Source: Lingula anatina (taxonomy: Eukaryota > Animalia > Brachiopoda). Taken from it: DNA of 64,000 nucleotides. The notes below the pieces were generated by a model. The model was not told where the DNA came from and searched no databases. It saw nothing but the letters and a program-made list of their open reading frames with translations. The stretch covers positions 47,656,788 to 47,720,787 of the forward strand of contig CM120640.1 of NCBI GenBank assembly GCA_051362555.1. The letters are read 5' to 3'. Below are positions 11,920 through 23,900 of this stretch, piece after piece (position 1 is the first letter of the stretch; each line of letters begins with the position of its first letter). A program made the translations under genes and the position numbers.

Positions 11920-14900
11920 ATGAAGTTCTCAGTAAGCCTTTTGCTTACCTTGATCGCAGCCGTCACTGCTAATGAGGGTGAGTTGAGCAAAATTGTTTTG
12001 AAAGATTTTATCTTTTTTTGTTTCTTTTATTAAGTGTGTCAAGGCTGAGTTTCAAGTTTCATTTAATGGTTGTTTGTGGAATGTATATCTGCCCAAATAA
12101 CGGGTTATTTGGCTGTTAGCTTGTACAAAATTTTTTCTTTGGCGATGTTTGTTGAAAAGCTGTGCATATCATAGATCTTAATATCCTGTCAATTCCCAAA
12201 GCAAACAGATCTCAGCATGGGTGTTTTTGTGTAATATTGGTTTTGATGGGTTGTGCTTACCAAAATAATGTTGGTCTGTTAAACGGTTAAAACAGACATT
12301 TGAGTTCGAATGGGCAGAAGATTAAAATATAGTAGGAAAGTTACAGAAGTTTAGTAAATTATTTATCTGTGGATGTGCGTGCTTGTTTAATTTATGGCAT
12401 AACTCCAATCTTTGCTGCTTCGATTCCATCTTGTTTTCACGTATTCCTCGCATTTTTCCTTGTGTGAAACGTTTATATTGGTCGGACTAAATGGTTTGGC
12501 ACCTGCGCTAATATATTTACGCCTTGCTTTTAAAAAAGCCTCGCTTTTATCATAATACAAACTTAAATAGCATTGTTTGTAGGCCTTACTAACAGGTGCT
12601 TCGGATTTGGACTTCGAGCGTTGTGTGCCGTAAAATAAAGTTGCTTTTAAAGAACGGATAAGCTATGATATCCCGCAGATTTTGGTGTTTCAAATCACGA
12701 ACATCACATTAGGTAACTAAATTGATTTTAAGTAAAGTGAAAATAAGTTAATGGGACAAATTAAATAGATATCGGGTTTGGATAATTGTGGAACATAGAG
12801 ACCAATCAATACGCCAACTAAGATTTATATAGTAGCAGATAAGTAGTAAGCTGAAGTTTTAATCCCTCTTGTCTTAGGGCTTGAGGTCGACGATGGCGAA
12901 GCGGTGTACGTTAAACTCAAAGCTACCTTCCAAAGAAAGGACTTATCAGGTATAGTCACATAAATGGAAAAACGCGAGAAACAATTGTCCTTTCCTATGG
13001 GTTATCTTGTAGGGAATTCCTCCTAGCAAAGATCATTAAACCCTCTCCTAATTCACCATGCAAATTAAGAGGGCTCAGAGCTAAGAGTATGTGATATTGA
13101 TCCAAATTCATCTTCTAATTTTAAACAACTTGACAGTCATTTTGGCACTGGTCAGCTTCTGATTTACTTTGATTCATCAAACTAAACCGAGACTAAAATA
13201 TGATGGGTAGAAAAGGCGCGACATGGCAAAAAACATCTTTCTCTGTGATTCTACAGCGACATCGCATAAATATATTCTATTCCAATCAATGTTTCAGAAC
13301 AAAGTACCGTTCGGGAAAAAACCCGAAAAGACCAAATAGCGTAACCAATCAGAGAACATTTCCCACGCTAATAGGCCTATTTGCCTTGGTCTGTCTCCTC
13401 TTCATTGGGTCTTCGTGATAAGATATGACAGACCACAGATAGCCCGACAAGAACTGGGCAAAGTTCGGAGTCCTTTCCAACTACAACACTACACATGTAT
13501 ATAACGATTCTCTGTAACATTATAACAACGAGTGCAAAATTCTCCTGCTTAAATGTGCAACCCTGCTCTTACTTTGATAAAAGAAATAAAAAAGGTATAT
13601 ACATATATTGAAACTTATATAAGTATAAAACAGTGGAAATTAACTTTCTCCATTAGTTATTCATTATTTTTCACCCCTTTGCATTTAAAATCTTTAAACA
13701 GGATGCATACTAAAACCTTTGTTGGTACATGTAGACTTATATGTTTTAACGGATTACAAACCTTGTTTATGTTCACTTTGCCCGCTTAGCTTTCTTGTTC
13801 TTTAAAAAGCAACTATTGTGCTAAAGATTGTGCTTAAGAAGTTACTTCCATTAGACTATAGTTGTGCTTTATTTTACCTCAGAAACATATATAGAATGAC
13901 CAATTGCTTTAGATTTTCTCTAACCCGACAACAATAAGTGCAATAGGCCACACTACTTTTTCTCCTCGAGCATTGGGTTGGATGAAGAAAGATTGGGTTA
14001 GAAAAAATAAAAATATCTATGGCAAACTAAAGATGGTAAATTTTAACACGTAAGAGCTTCAGCTGTATGTCTATATATTAACCGCTTGGCTTTCATTGTG
14101 CTTGGCTGGCATCCTCTCAGAGCTTGCTGGTAGCTTTCTATGTTCAACACTCAGGTCAGCTTACTAATAATGATATCGCTGAATGTACGAGAGTGCGAGG
14201 TGAGGGCGATCCCAGCTGTAATGAAGCACGTCTGTATCCTGCAGGAAACACCGTCGGGGGCTCGCTCCTCTCCGTTGCCTGCGAGAGGGATCTGGCTTCC
14301 AGCAAGATCTGCCAGAACTTCGACACCGACATTGTTGATTTGGTGAACCAACAGATCAACAAGGAGTTCGAGGCCAGTTATTACTACATGGGACTGGTAG
14401 GTGTTCTAATCGGAGTATTAAACTGGTTAGGTAGTTTTCAGTCCCTTCACCTTTAATTTTATAAGACAAAATTGCAAAATAATTGATCCAACCCCACTCC
14501 GTTACCAGTAGAGGAAATTACACAAAGTAAGACCCACAAAAACATTATGGCACTTAGTCTTAACGCTGCAGTTTGTCAAAAACCGCAGATTTATGTGTGA
14601 TTGTTCTTTATAGTAACGGGGGTGGGGGGGAGCAATTGCGGAAAATCTTTTTGACTTTCTTTCTTGCATCCACAAATTATGTTTTAACACCTGCGCAAAA
14701 ACGGTCTCTTTGTTTCCCTATCTCACCTTAATGACTCCTCTACGTCACCCCTCTCACACACTCTCTTTCTCGACGTCTTTCTCAATCTTGGAATATGCAC
14801 ACACACACACACACACACGCACATGCACACAGGCACACATGCACACAGACATATGCTCGTTATTACATGCTCATCCATAAAATAAGCTGTATTTTATCTG

Positions 14901-16023
14901 GTCATTTGTAATCAGGTAATATATTTTTTCTGTTAGTCCTCTTTCTTCTCCCGAGATGACGTGGCCCTCAACGGATTTGCCAAGTTTTTTAAGAAGGCCT
15001 CGGACGAGGAACGTGAGCACGGCATGAAGCTGATGGATTACCTCAACAGGCGTGGCGCTCAAGTCCGGCTACACAATATCAAGGTAATTTAAAACGCTTT
15101 TCTAATATTTTTCTAATATCGAAATAAAAAAAAACTGGAAACATTGGACAGAAATGGCCTATTTTCGCATCTGAAAAGCTGTAGTTAGAAAATTTAATAC
15201 TATGTTAGTGTGACGTTTCGAGAAATAAGCCATAATTTAAATATCCACTTGTCCTAACAGACACCAGGTCACAAGTTTTGAATTGAATAACGTACGTATT
15301 CCTTTATTTTCATCCTGTCGGTATTTGAAATTGAATTTCTACCATATGCTAAATAGCAACACGAATTCTGTGCAGTGTATATTAGCATGGATACTTTCTG
15401 ATGCGAAATGCACTTTTTTTAGCACCCAACTCACTTCAGAAATGACAACATGGACGGACTGAAGGCCGTGAACGAAGCACTGAAGCTAGAAAAGCTTGTG
15501 AACCAGTATCTGCTTACTCTGCATAAGAAGGCTCAAGATGTTAACGACCCACATGTAAGTTATTGTCGTCTTTAAAACATCCACCTCCGCTACTTTTTTT
15601 TACTATTATCTTACGTTCAAATCGTTTGGATTTGGGTAACTTCCTGGCCTGGAAATGTTTGTTTAATTCAATGGAAACTTCAACACTGAATCACGAATCT
15701 TAACTGATCTCCCATGTCTTGCGACTAACATATTTCAAACGTGCATGAAGCGTGGTGAAAGGGAAAAATTATTGTGGTCTCAAATTTTTGCTGCCTTTCT
15801 AACACAGAGGTTGGTGTACCAATATTTTTGAGTATATATTTTACGACCGAGTTCCCCTCATATTTTCTCTGCGGACCCTTATCGTTTTTCAAAAAAATTT
15901 CAACTTGCAGATCATTGTGCGTTCTTTCCTGTATAATTAATCCCCATGATGTCGATTTCTACCTAACGTACCTTACTGACTGATCTACGCGTCTTTGATG
16001 AAAAACAGTTAAGGATCATCCGA

Positions 16024-16059
<36 letters not shown>

Positions 16060-16423
16060 GTCAGTGACGCACTCACATTATGTAATATTTTCAAAATTTT
16101 GAAATGTCCCATTTTTTTTTTCAGTTTCATACTACAGTAAGGAAAGAAACCAACAATAATTAAAGTGATAAGAAAGTTGTGCAAATATTACAAAAAATGT
16201 GACTTGAAATTACCAAAACTTGTTTCAAATAATCGCGACAACTATATTCAATGTTTTTATTTTTCAGCTGACCGACTTCCTGGAGTCCCATTACCTGGAG
16301 GAACAGGTGGAGAGCATCAAGCAGCTCGGGGACTTCTCCACCAAGCTCCGTCGTCTGACCAGCGGCACCGACTCCGAGGGAGTTGGCATCCACATGTTTG
16401 ACAAGGAATTGGAAAGCATGTAA
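11920..16423 (+). CDS. Secreted ferritin (H-type ferroxidase centre) with signal peptide and N-terminal extension
   Basis: Exons: 11920-11977 ([19 protein letters not shown], signal peptide); 12878-12949 ([24 protein letters not shown]); 14155 or 14245 to 14396 (...[29 protein letters not shown]); 14937-15083 ([40 protein letters not shown]); 15423-15554 ([17 protein letters not shown]...NDPH); 16268-16423 ([22 protein letters not shown]...FDKELESM*). All junctions are GT-AG and in phase, giving 238 or 268 aa. Residues equivalent to human H-chain E27, Y34, E61, E62, H65, E107 and Q141 are all present. Confidence 0.95.
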
Positions 16424-17212
16424 ACCTATGGAACACTCAATTGACTCAATTATTAACAAACTGCGAACATTTCATCCCCGGAATGCTTGATCTCCGTTTT
16501 GTTTCGCTTCACAGCAACTTTTCCTGCCGTTGCGAGATATGCTTTTGAATTCTTATAACCAAAATAGTTTAGACTTTCTCCAAGCGAAGCCCTGACAAGA
16601 TATTACGTGTAGGTTCGCTGGCAATTTCATGAACTGCCATTCCTAATTTAGTCATTCAAGGGCAAAAGCCTATATAAAGAGGAACCCAAAACTGGTCGTC
16701 TGTTCGCCATTCCTTATAGTCTGCTGGGTGACGTAGACGTTTGTGAAGAAATGGAAAATACTAGCTTCAGAAATTGACATATGAACTGATTATGAAATTT
16801 ATTAAAGATTATATCGATTTCAATTGACAAAACTAAAATTTCTATTAAGACTATTTTTAAAAAAGAAGGCAAAGTGCCAAAACCTCAGTGCCATTTATAG
16901 CATTTCTGTGATTTTTACGACATGAAACCATCAGTGATACCAGGATAAAACTATGGATACTATGGATGGACAGACATCGACTTCATTTTCTATCGCCTGA
17001 GACACCACCGACAGGGTACTAGTACCGTTTTACTTGCTCAACAGACTTACAACCGTCGTATAAGATGAAATTTTCTTGCATTGCAAAATAGTGCACAACT
17101 CTTTGAAAAGACTCCATAAATATTAACCTCCGTAAAGGAAACACATTCCGATTAACTTTTATTATCCTAATAACAGAAATACATTTTAATGAGTAAAATG
17201 ATATACAATGAC

Positions 17213-17890
17213 TTGTTGTTTTGTGTGATTGAATTTAACACAATTTCAGTATTAAAATATTAATTTTGAAAAGATCAGGGGCGGATCCAGGATTATTTGA
17301 AGGGGGGGGGGGGGGCACGGATGCGAAGCAGCCCCCATTCCCCCCACCCCACTCCGATGGGCCCTGAACATTCTTGTATTTTAGAGGGCAAATGGTAATG
17401 CTAATTTTTTGGAAATAACAGTTAAAAGCAATCTTTGGTGAAATATAATACAAATATCTACTATAAATATTTGAAAATGCCAAGTCTATAATATGGATTA
17501 CATCAAATAAATTTTGTAGAGCACCTTTTTATTTGCCAACCAAAAATACCACTGGTTCATTAATTGACCCCTACTTATCAATTAATAATTTCCCAACAAT
17601 AATAACCACTGTTGTTTTGTGTGATTTTATTTAACACAATTTCAGTGTTAGAGTATTAATTTTGAAAAGATGCTAATTTTTTTGGGGGAATATCTAAAGA
17701 TGCTACAGATAAAAGCAATCCATGGTAAAATATAATACAAATATCTACTATAAATACTTGAAAATGCCAAATCTACAATATGGATTACAACATAACTTTT
17801 TTCTTTTATTTCCCAACCAAAAATACCCCTGGTTCATTAATTAACCCCAACTTATCAATTAATAACTTTCCCAACAATAATTACCACTGT
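17213..17890. repeat. Diverged tandem duplication (about 280-bp unit) downstream of the SLF2 stop
   Basis: Copy 1 (about 17213-17610) and copy 2 (about 17610-17890) share TGTTGTTTTGTGTGATT..TTTAACACAATTTCAGT..TATTAATTTTGAAAAGAT, AATATAATACAAATATCTACTATAAATA and CTTATCAATTAATAA. Copy 1 carries a MITE fragment. Confidence 0.85.
17276..17398 (+). mobile_element. Truncated MITE (CAGGGGCGGATCCAGG terminus)
   Basis: Absent from the sister tandem copy. Same family as the reverse-oriented copy at about 53636-53765. Confidence 0.7.
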
Positions 17891-17960
17891 TCATTAATCC
17901 CAAAATATCAATTTATAACCATGTTGTTTTCAAAAAATAAAAAATACTGATAAGATTAAA

Positions 17961-20900
17961 TCATAATTCTGGTAGCTCATCATCATCATCCTCCTCTCCT
18001 CCCCCCTCATCCTCATCAGAAAAAGTTCTCTTTGTGCTGATCCCAAGGCAAGGGACATTTTCCTGTCTATAATTATCCTCAAAGCCGTCATCCAATGTCA
18101 TTTTATTATGTGGCCTCCTGAAAACCATTCTAACTGACTTCCTGGGGGAATTATTCACTCCACTTTGGACTGTCTGACCTTCTCTCCCACTTGAGGCTGG
18201 ATCTTGACTGTCCACGTTGTCTGCTGTGGATCCACTTGAAACAAGATTCCCATTGACTTCTTCCAAACTAGCTGAGACAGAATCATTAAGACCGGATGGC
18301 ATATTGGTTGATTGCATTGTCCTTGAGGAATGACCCTTGTCATCCTCGCTGTCAGAAGGGTTCGAGGATTCTCCTTCCTCTACCTGCTCGGACTCCTCGC
18401 TGTCAGACTGATCACTGTCTTGACTGCAGTGCACCTGTTCCACTTGTAACTTGGTTTCTGATGTGGCAAAATTGTATAAGTTCATCTGAAAAAGAAAAAA
18501 ATGATATCTTATAGAACTCTTATGAATCTAAGATGTCAAACAGAAAACTGAAATTGTTAACGGGAGTATGAACACTCAAACACATCTAAATGCACAAATC
18601 CAACTGGAGGGAGGGGGGGGGGGTCAAAATCACCCATGGTAAATATTAAATTTTGTACAGCCAATATACTTGCACTTGGAAATGCAGCTGCATTATTGCA
18701 CACAAGGCAGTAATGCCTCTCTTATGTCCTATCCTTTGCAAAGAGGGCCAGAAATGAACTATAAAAGATTTTTCATATAGGTACACCAAAGCACGAAAAT
18801 GATAAACTGTTGGGCCATTCTTTTCCAAAATTCTTTCATGAAATAAGGTTAACTCATATTATCACAAGTTTTGAATTGAATAACATACGTATTCCTTTAT
18901 TTTCATCCTGTCGGTATTTGAAATTGAATTTCTACCATATGCTAAATAGCAACACGAATTCTGTGCAGTGTATATTAGCATGGATACTTTCTGATGCGAA
19001 ATGCACTTTCTTTTTAGCACCCAACTCACTTCAGAAATGACAACATGGACGGACTGAAGGCATATTATACATACTGTTTCTCAAAAAAAAAAAAAAAAAA
19101 AAAAAGTCTTGATGTCACCAAATTATAAACAGATGGCAGAAATTGTTAAAAACCTGCCAGCTTAACTACCCTATATTGTGTGTGAGAATGACCTTGGGTA
19201 AACTGTACTGAAATGATTAGCTTGGTTATATCAAAAGAGCATTGAACTTCAGGTGAACCTGATATTCTTTATACTATGTTATCTATGTGGACTCTAAACA
19301 GGTAAGTGTATGTGTACTGGTAACAGAACTGGTGCAACTGTCCCAAATGAAAATAGCCTGTGTACATGGGACAGAAATGTTATAAAAGCCAGCTTGCATT
19401 AACATGGCATTCAAGGCACTACATAAATAATATGTAAAAAGGTACACTAAAACTGGTACATATGTACCACTGGCTTGCATTTGGGAAAGTGGTAAAAAAA
19501 AAAGGACCATGGCAAACACCATTTAAAGACTCATTTACATTATCACTTTGTACTGCAGTTTAAACAAAGAAAATGGTGTTTTGAAAGTATATGTAAGAAT
19601 AAATCATTTCAACATGCACGTGAATACATGCATGTCAATACGAACGTGTATGTGCCTCTGCACGTCTCTATGAACTTGTTATCCTAATGCACACAATGTG
19701 TATCTTGGGTCACATTACAACTTCAGTCTCATGAGATCTCATTACTTTTCTTTCTGTTCTAAGTTCCATGGACTGTCTGCCACAGATAACATACTAGACA
19801 GATATTTCAGAAGGTCATAACATGTTTTTTTTAAATCTGATACACAGAGGGTACCTATAATCAGGTAATCATGACTGAACAAATGGTGACTTCTGTATTC
19901 CATCATGTACACACACAGATTTCTCTAACACGAATTTGAAAAAAATGAACACCAGAAAAGTCATTTCCATAATCCTGAATGCAAAGGAAGCTGTATTCAA
20001 TTTCCAGTTTCTTTCTTTCTTTCTGTCCTCTGCCAAAGCGTCCTATGTATCAACCAGGCACCTGCTGTAGCCTACATGTCACTGAACCCAAGATCTCTTA
20101 CACAGTGAACATATTAATGGGAAACATGACTTGAATAAATAAGTGAGGTTTAATCATTACTTGAAAAGACATTTCTGAACATAACTGTCTAAACTTGCTA
20201 TCAGATGGTATCAAGTACGGGTAAACAGGCCACAGCTGATGTAGGACTCTATTTAACTTATTAACAACAGTGGGTGCAACAATGCCTGGCAAGGTGTCAA
20301 GTTGGCTGTTACACTTTTTACATGTAAAAAGTACAAATTATGACCCGGTCACTCACCTGTCTTGACCCCATTGCCTGTTTCATAAATGTCCACTTGCTGG
20401 CCATACGGACCATCATATCCTTCACCTAAGAAATAAAATAATACAATATCATTTTTATATGACTCATACAAATTTTGTAGTTTTACTTATTGAAATAAGA
20501 GGAAAAGAGTCCATAGAACTTCCAAGTCAACGTATAATGCTACACTGCTGACCGAGGGACCATTTCCAGAGCCTATTGTAGTAACTGTGGATCAATCTAT
20601 TTCCAAGGAGATTCTTGCTAAATTGCAATCAACTAAAGCAACGGAAGCTGCTAGGGGGTAATTAATTATCCTTTAGCACTGTTAGTAGACATGCCAGACA
20701 TCTAAGCCACTTAAGCTGAAAGCAATTTAGTGGGAAACCCTTTGGAGATGGACTGATCCTATTAGATCGATCTAGGTATGGGAACCCAGTCTGAGTTTAA
20801 GTTTGGTACATCTTTTCAGCCACCGTAATTAACACACTGTAGCATAATTAACATTGGTCCCAAATTAATGCCACCAATACCAAGTACATAATTCCATAAA

Positions 20901-23900
20901 ATATATTACTATTACAAATATTGTATAAGGAACCAATGATTAACATCTGTGCTGAGCTGCATCCTTGCCCAAGGCCTTCTGGAGTTTTCTGCCTTCTTAA
21001 AATATGCCTATAATATTGACAGCAGCTCATAAAGCTAATTTGTGTTTTTCAGTCATAGCATGTTGTAAGTAAATGGGACTATGCTGATGACAAATAAAGT
21101 TTCCTGAGTCACAAGCCTATATCATAACATTTTTCTGTGAGCCTCACATAGTCAACTCTACAGTGCTGGTTGAAAACATTGCTGATGAAGCTGACATGTA
21201 TCTGCAATGAAAATGTTGGTTAATTGGAAAATAACAAAGGTTCTTACAAAGCTGGTGTCTAAATTTGAAGCATACTTTGAGCAAATGGTATAATATAGAA
21301 AAAGCCTTCAAATAGTTTAAACTCAGCAATTTTAGTTTTGAAACAAACTAAACAAATATGAAGTTGAACAAATTCTGTGGTGACAGCTTTCAGATTTTAC
21401 TATCCTTAGTGAAGGCGATATTTTCATGTAACATATTTTAATAAGTTTGAAAGAACAATTAAATACTATGTTATGATATACAGTTAAATAAAGTGCATAT
21501 CCATATATCGACATAATCAAAAGGGCAATGGGTCAATTAATTAAAAATCTGTAGTGCTTCAATTGGTGATAGTAATACTAATGAAATTATTCTAATCGAT
21601 TCTTATAATAGCTTTAGGTGCACTTAAAAGGTACATGTGCACTATGATGTCAACAAGAACTTAACGGTGCAAATACAAAATACCTAATTCAGGCCAACAC
21701 ACAGATTTGAGGTAAACCTAGTTCTACCTAGTTCCATAAATCTAAATAAACAAGTCTTGGCAAATCATCAGAATTAATGTATATCTGATATGCTGACATC
21801 TACACACAACCCAAAATCACATAACAAACAGTTACGCTAAATTATGTTGACATATCCAGAAAAAAATAGAACCAATGTCCTTGGATTCAATTTGAACAGG
21901 TGCACGTGTACTAGGATTTTTTTTATTCCTCCTTCTAAAATGTCACAAACAACAAGTTTTGGCTGTTACTCAATTTTCAAGCTCTCATGTGAATAAGAAA
22001 ACAAAACTTTCAACTTTACCATCTACCTTCTGATGTCTCCCCTGGCTTTAAATGAATATATAAATTCAATGAAACTTTTCTCTTTTACCATTAGTCTCTG
22101 TTACTGAAATCAATGTAAATCATACTCACCACAGCTCTATCAGGTTGCTTAGTGCTGTCCCTTATATCCCCCATCAGTCCACGCACCAGCTCTATCATAT
22201 GACCAAGGTCCTCCTGGATTAATTAAATAAATTAACTAATGATATAAAATATAATAAAATAATCAGCTCTTTTACTACATATCATAAAAGTTGATCAAGT
22301 TACAGCTTTTCATACTTCCTAAAAATCTTCATTTTGGGCTTTCATTTTGTTCTATCTTTAAGAAGTATTCTGTGCACTGAGTCATTCAGTAGACAAGAAT
22401 TACGAACCACTTCATAAGGTGTGTAACTGCTCACACAAAATCTGAATATATTAGTCAACTTACCAAAGGTAGATACATTTAATTATTATGGGTAGAAATC
22501 AGAGTCAGCTTAATCAATTACATTTTAGACCAAACTAAAGGTAAGCAGCCCTGATAGAGATGCAACTTAGTCTGATATTAGTTTTAATGCATTTAGCTAC
22601 GATTGTCTACTGAAAATTTTAAAAAAAGACCACACAAAGGAAAAATGAGAAAAAAGGAGGGGGTTGTAAAGAAGTGTTCCTATGATGAATTTTATATTAT
22701 TATTATTTCTTAAAGTCAATGATATGTAGATTCCCGAGTTTGACCTGCCACAAAAATTTAACAGAGAATCAAAATAATAAGTTTTAAAAAATCAGACAGG
22801 ACTAAAAATTCAAACATCATAATTCCACATTATGATTTTTAATGCAGTGGGTATATTCTTGGCACATACTTCTTGATAATGTGAATTTAGCTTCACCTTA
22901 TAATACTTGTTGTAAAAAGACCCATTGTGATAGATGTGTAAGTAGCACATCTGCTGCAATATCCAAATAAGTGTGCCAAGTTGTTACATTCACCCTTGTC
23001 ATGGACACCACTGGGTGAACTAGCATGTGCTATTTTTCACAATACATTATCATACTTAATCCTATTATGTTGTATCTTTATCTGAAATTGTAGTCCATCC
23101 CAACAGCAGTGGTGTATTCAATAACACATTAAAAATATGCTAGTATCTTTCTTTTTATCTGTAAGGTAATGCCTTGAATAAGGGTTACTAAGCACAAATG
23201 GTCTATTTTAATGCAAAAGAATGAAAAAAATAGTCCACTTTACTTTATAGGATCTAGTAATGACAGTACCCCTTGTGTATCTTATAAACACATCAAAAGA
23301 TTTTTGATGTGTATACTTTTTTTCCATAGAAGAACAGTGGTTATGTGTAGGTATTATATGTTTTAAATACAAACTGACATAAACTGGACATAAACTGGCT
23401 TACCTTTTCTGCTGCTTTTAGAGGCTCATTCCCAACTGCTGCATCCAAGAAGAGCAACTGGCTATGTAGGAGGTAGAAGTCTGGATTCACTTTAGGACTC
23501 AACTTGCTCACCAGAGGGAACAAGTTGTGAACCTAAAAAAAAAAAAAATTAGTTCACAAAAAGTCTTAATAAACTCATCATGAAAAACTTTGGCTATTGT
23601 TTTTCAGACAAGTCACACTCTGAATGGCTTGAACTATGGATGTGATTCTGAAACCTGTTCAACTAAAGTCTTTATTTAAGAAAATATACAAATTGAGAAT
23701 TCATTATGTAAATATTGATCTTTGAGAACACAACATTTTTTGCTAGGTCTGGAAATTAATGAGTTGTGTGGTCTGGCAGGTTTAGCTCTAACTCACTTTG
23801 AACTCGGTAACATCAGAAAATTCCACACTGCCCTGGACTGTATTTTTCAACATGGCGTAGGCCAGTCTGCGCTGTAGATACAGCCCTCTCTCGGTGACAG

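Noticed and set aside
13280-13500. CCAAT-box cluster in a ferritin intron as an internal promoter for a cytosolic isoform
   Set aside because: I found no ATG-bearing exon with a phase-1 donor, and CCAATCAG motifs are common in repeat remnants.
18863-19060. Second ferritin gene
   Set aside because: Only 43 nt of exon sequence is present and there are no other ferritin exons nearby; it is a fragment insertion.
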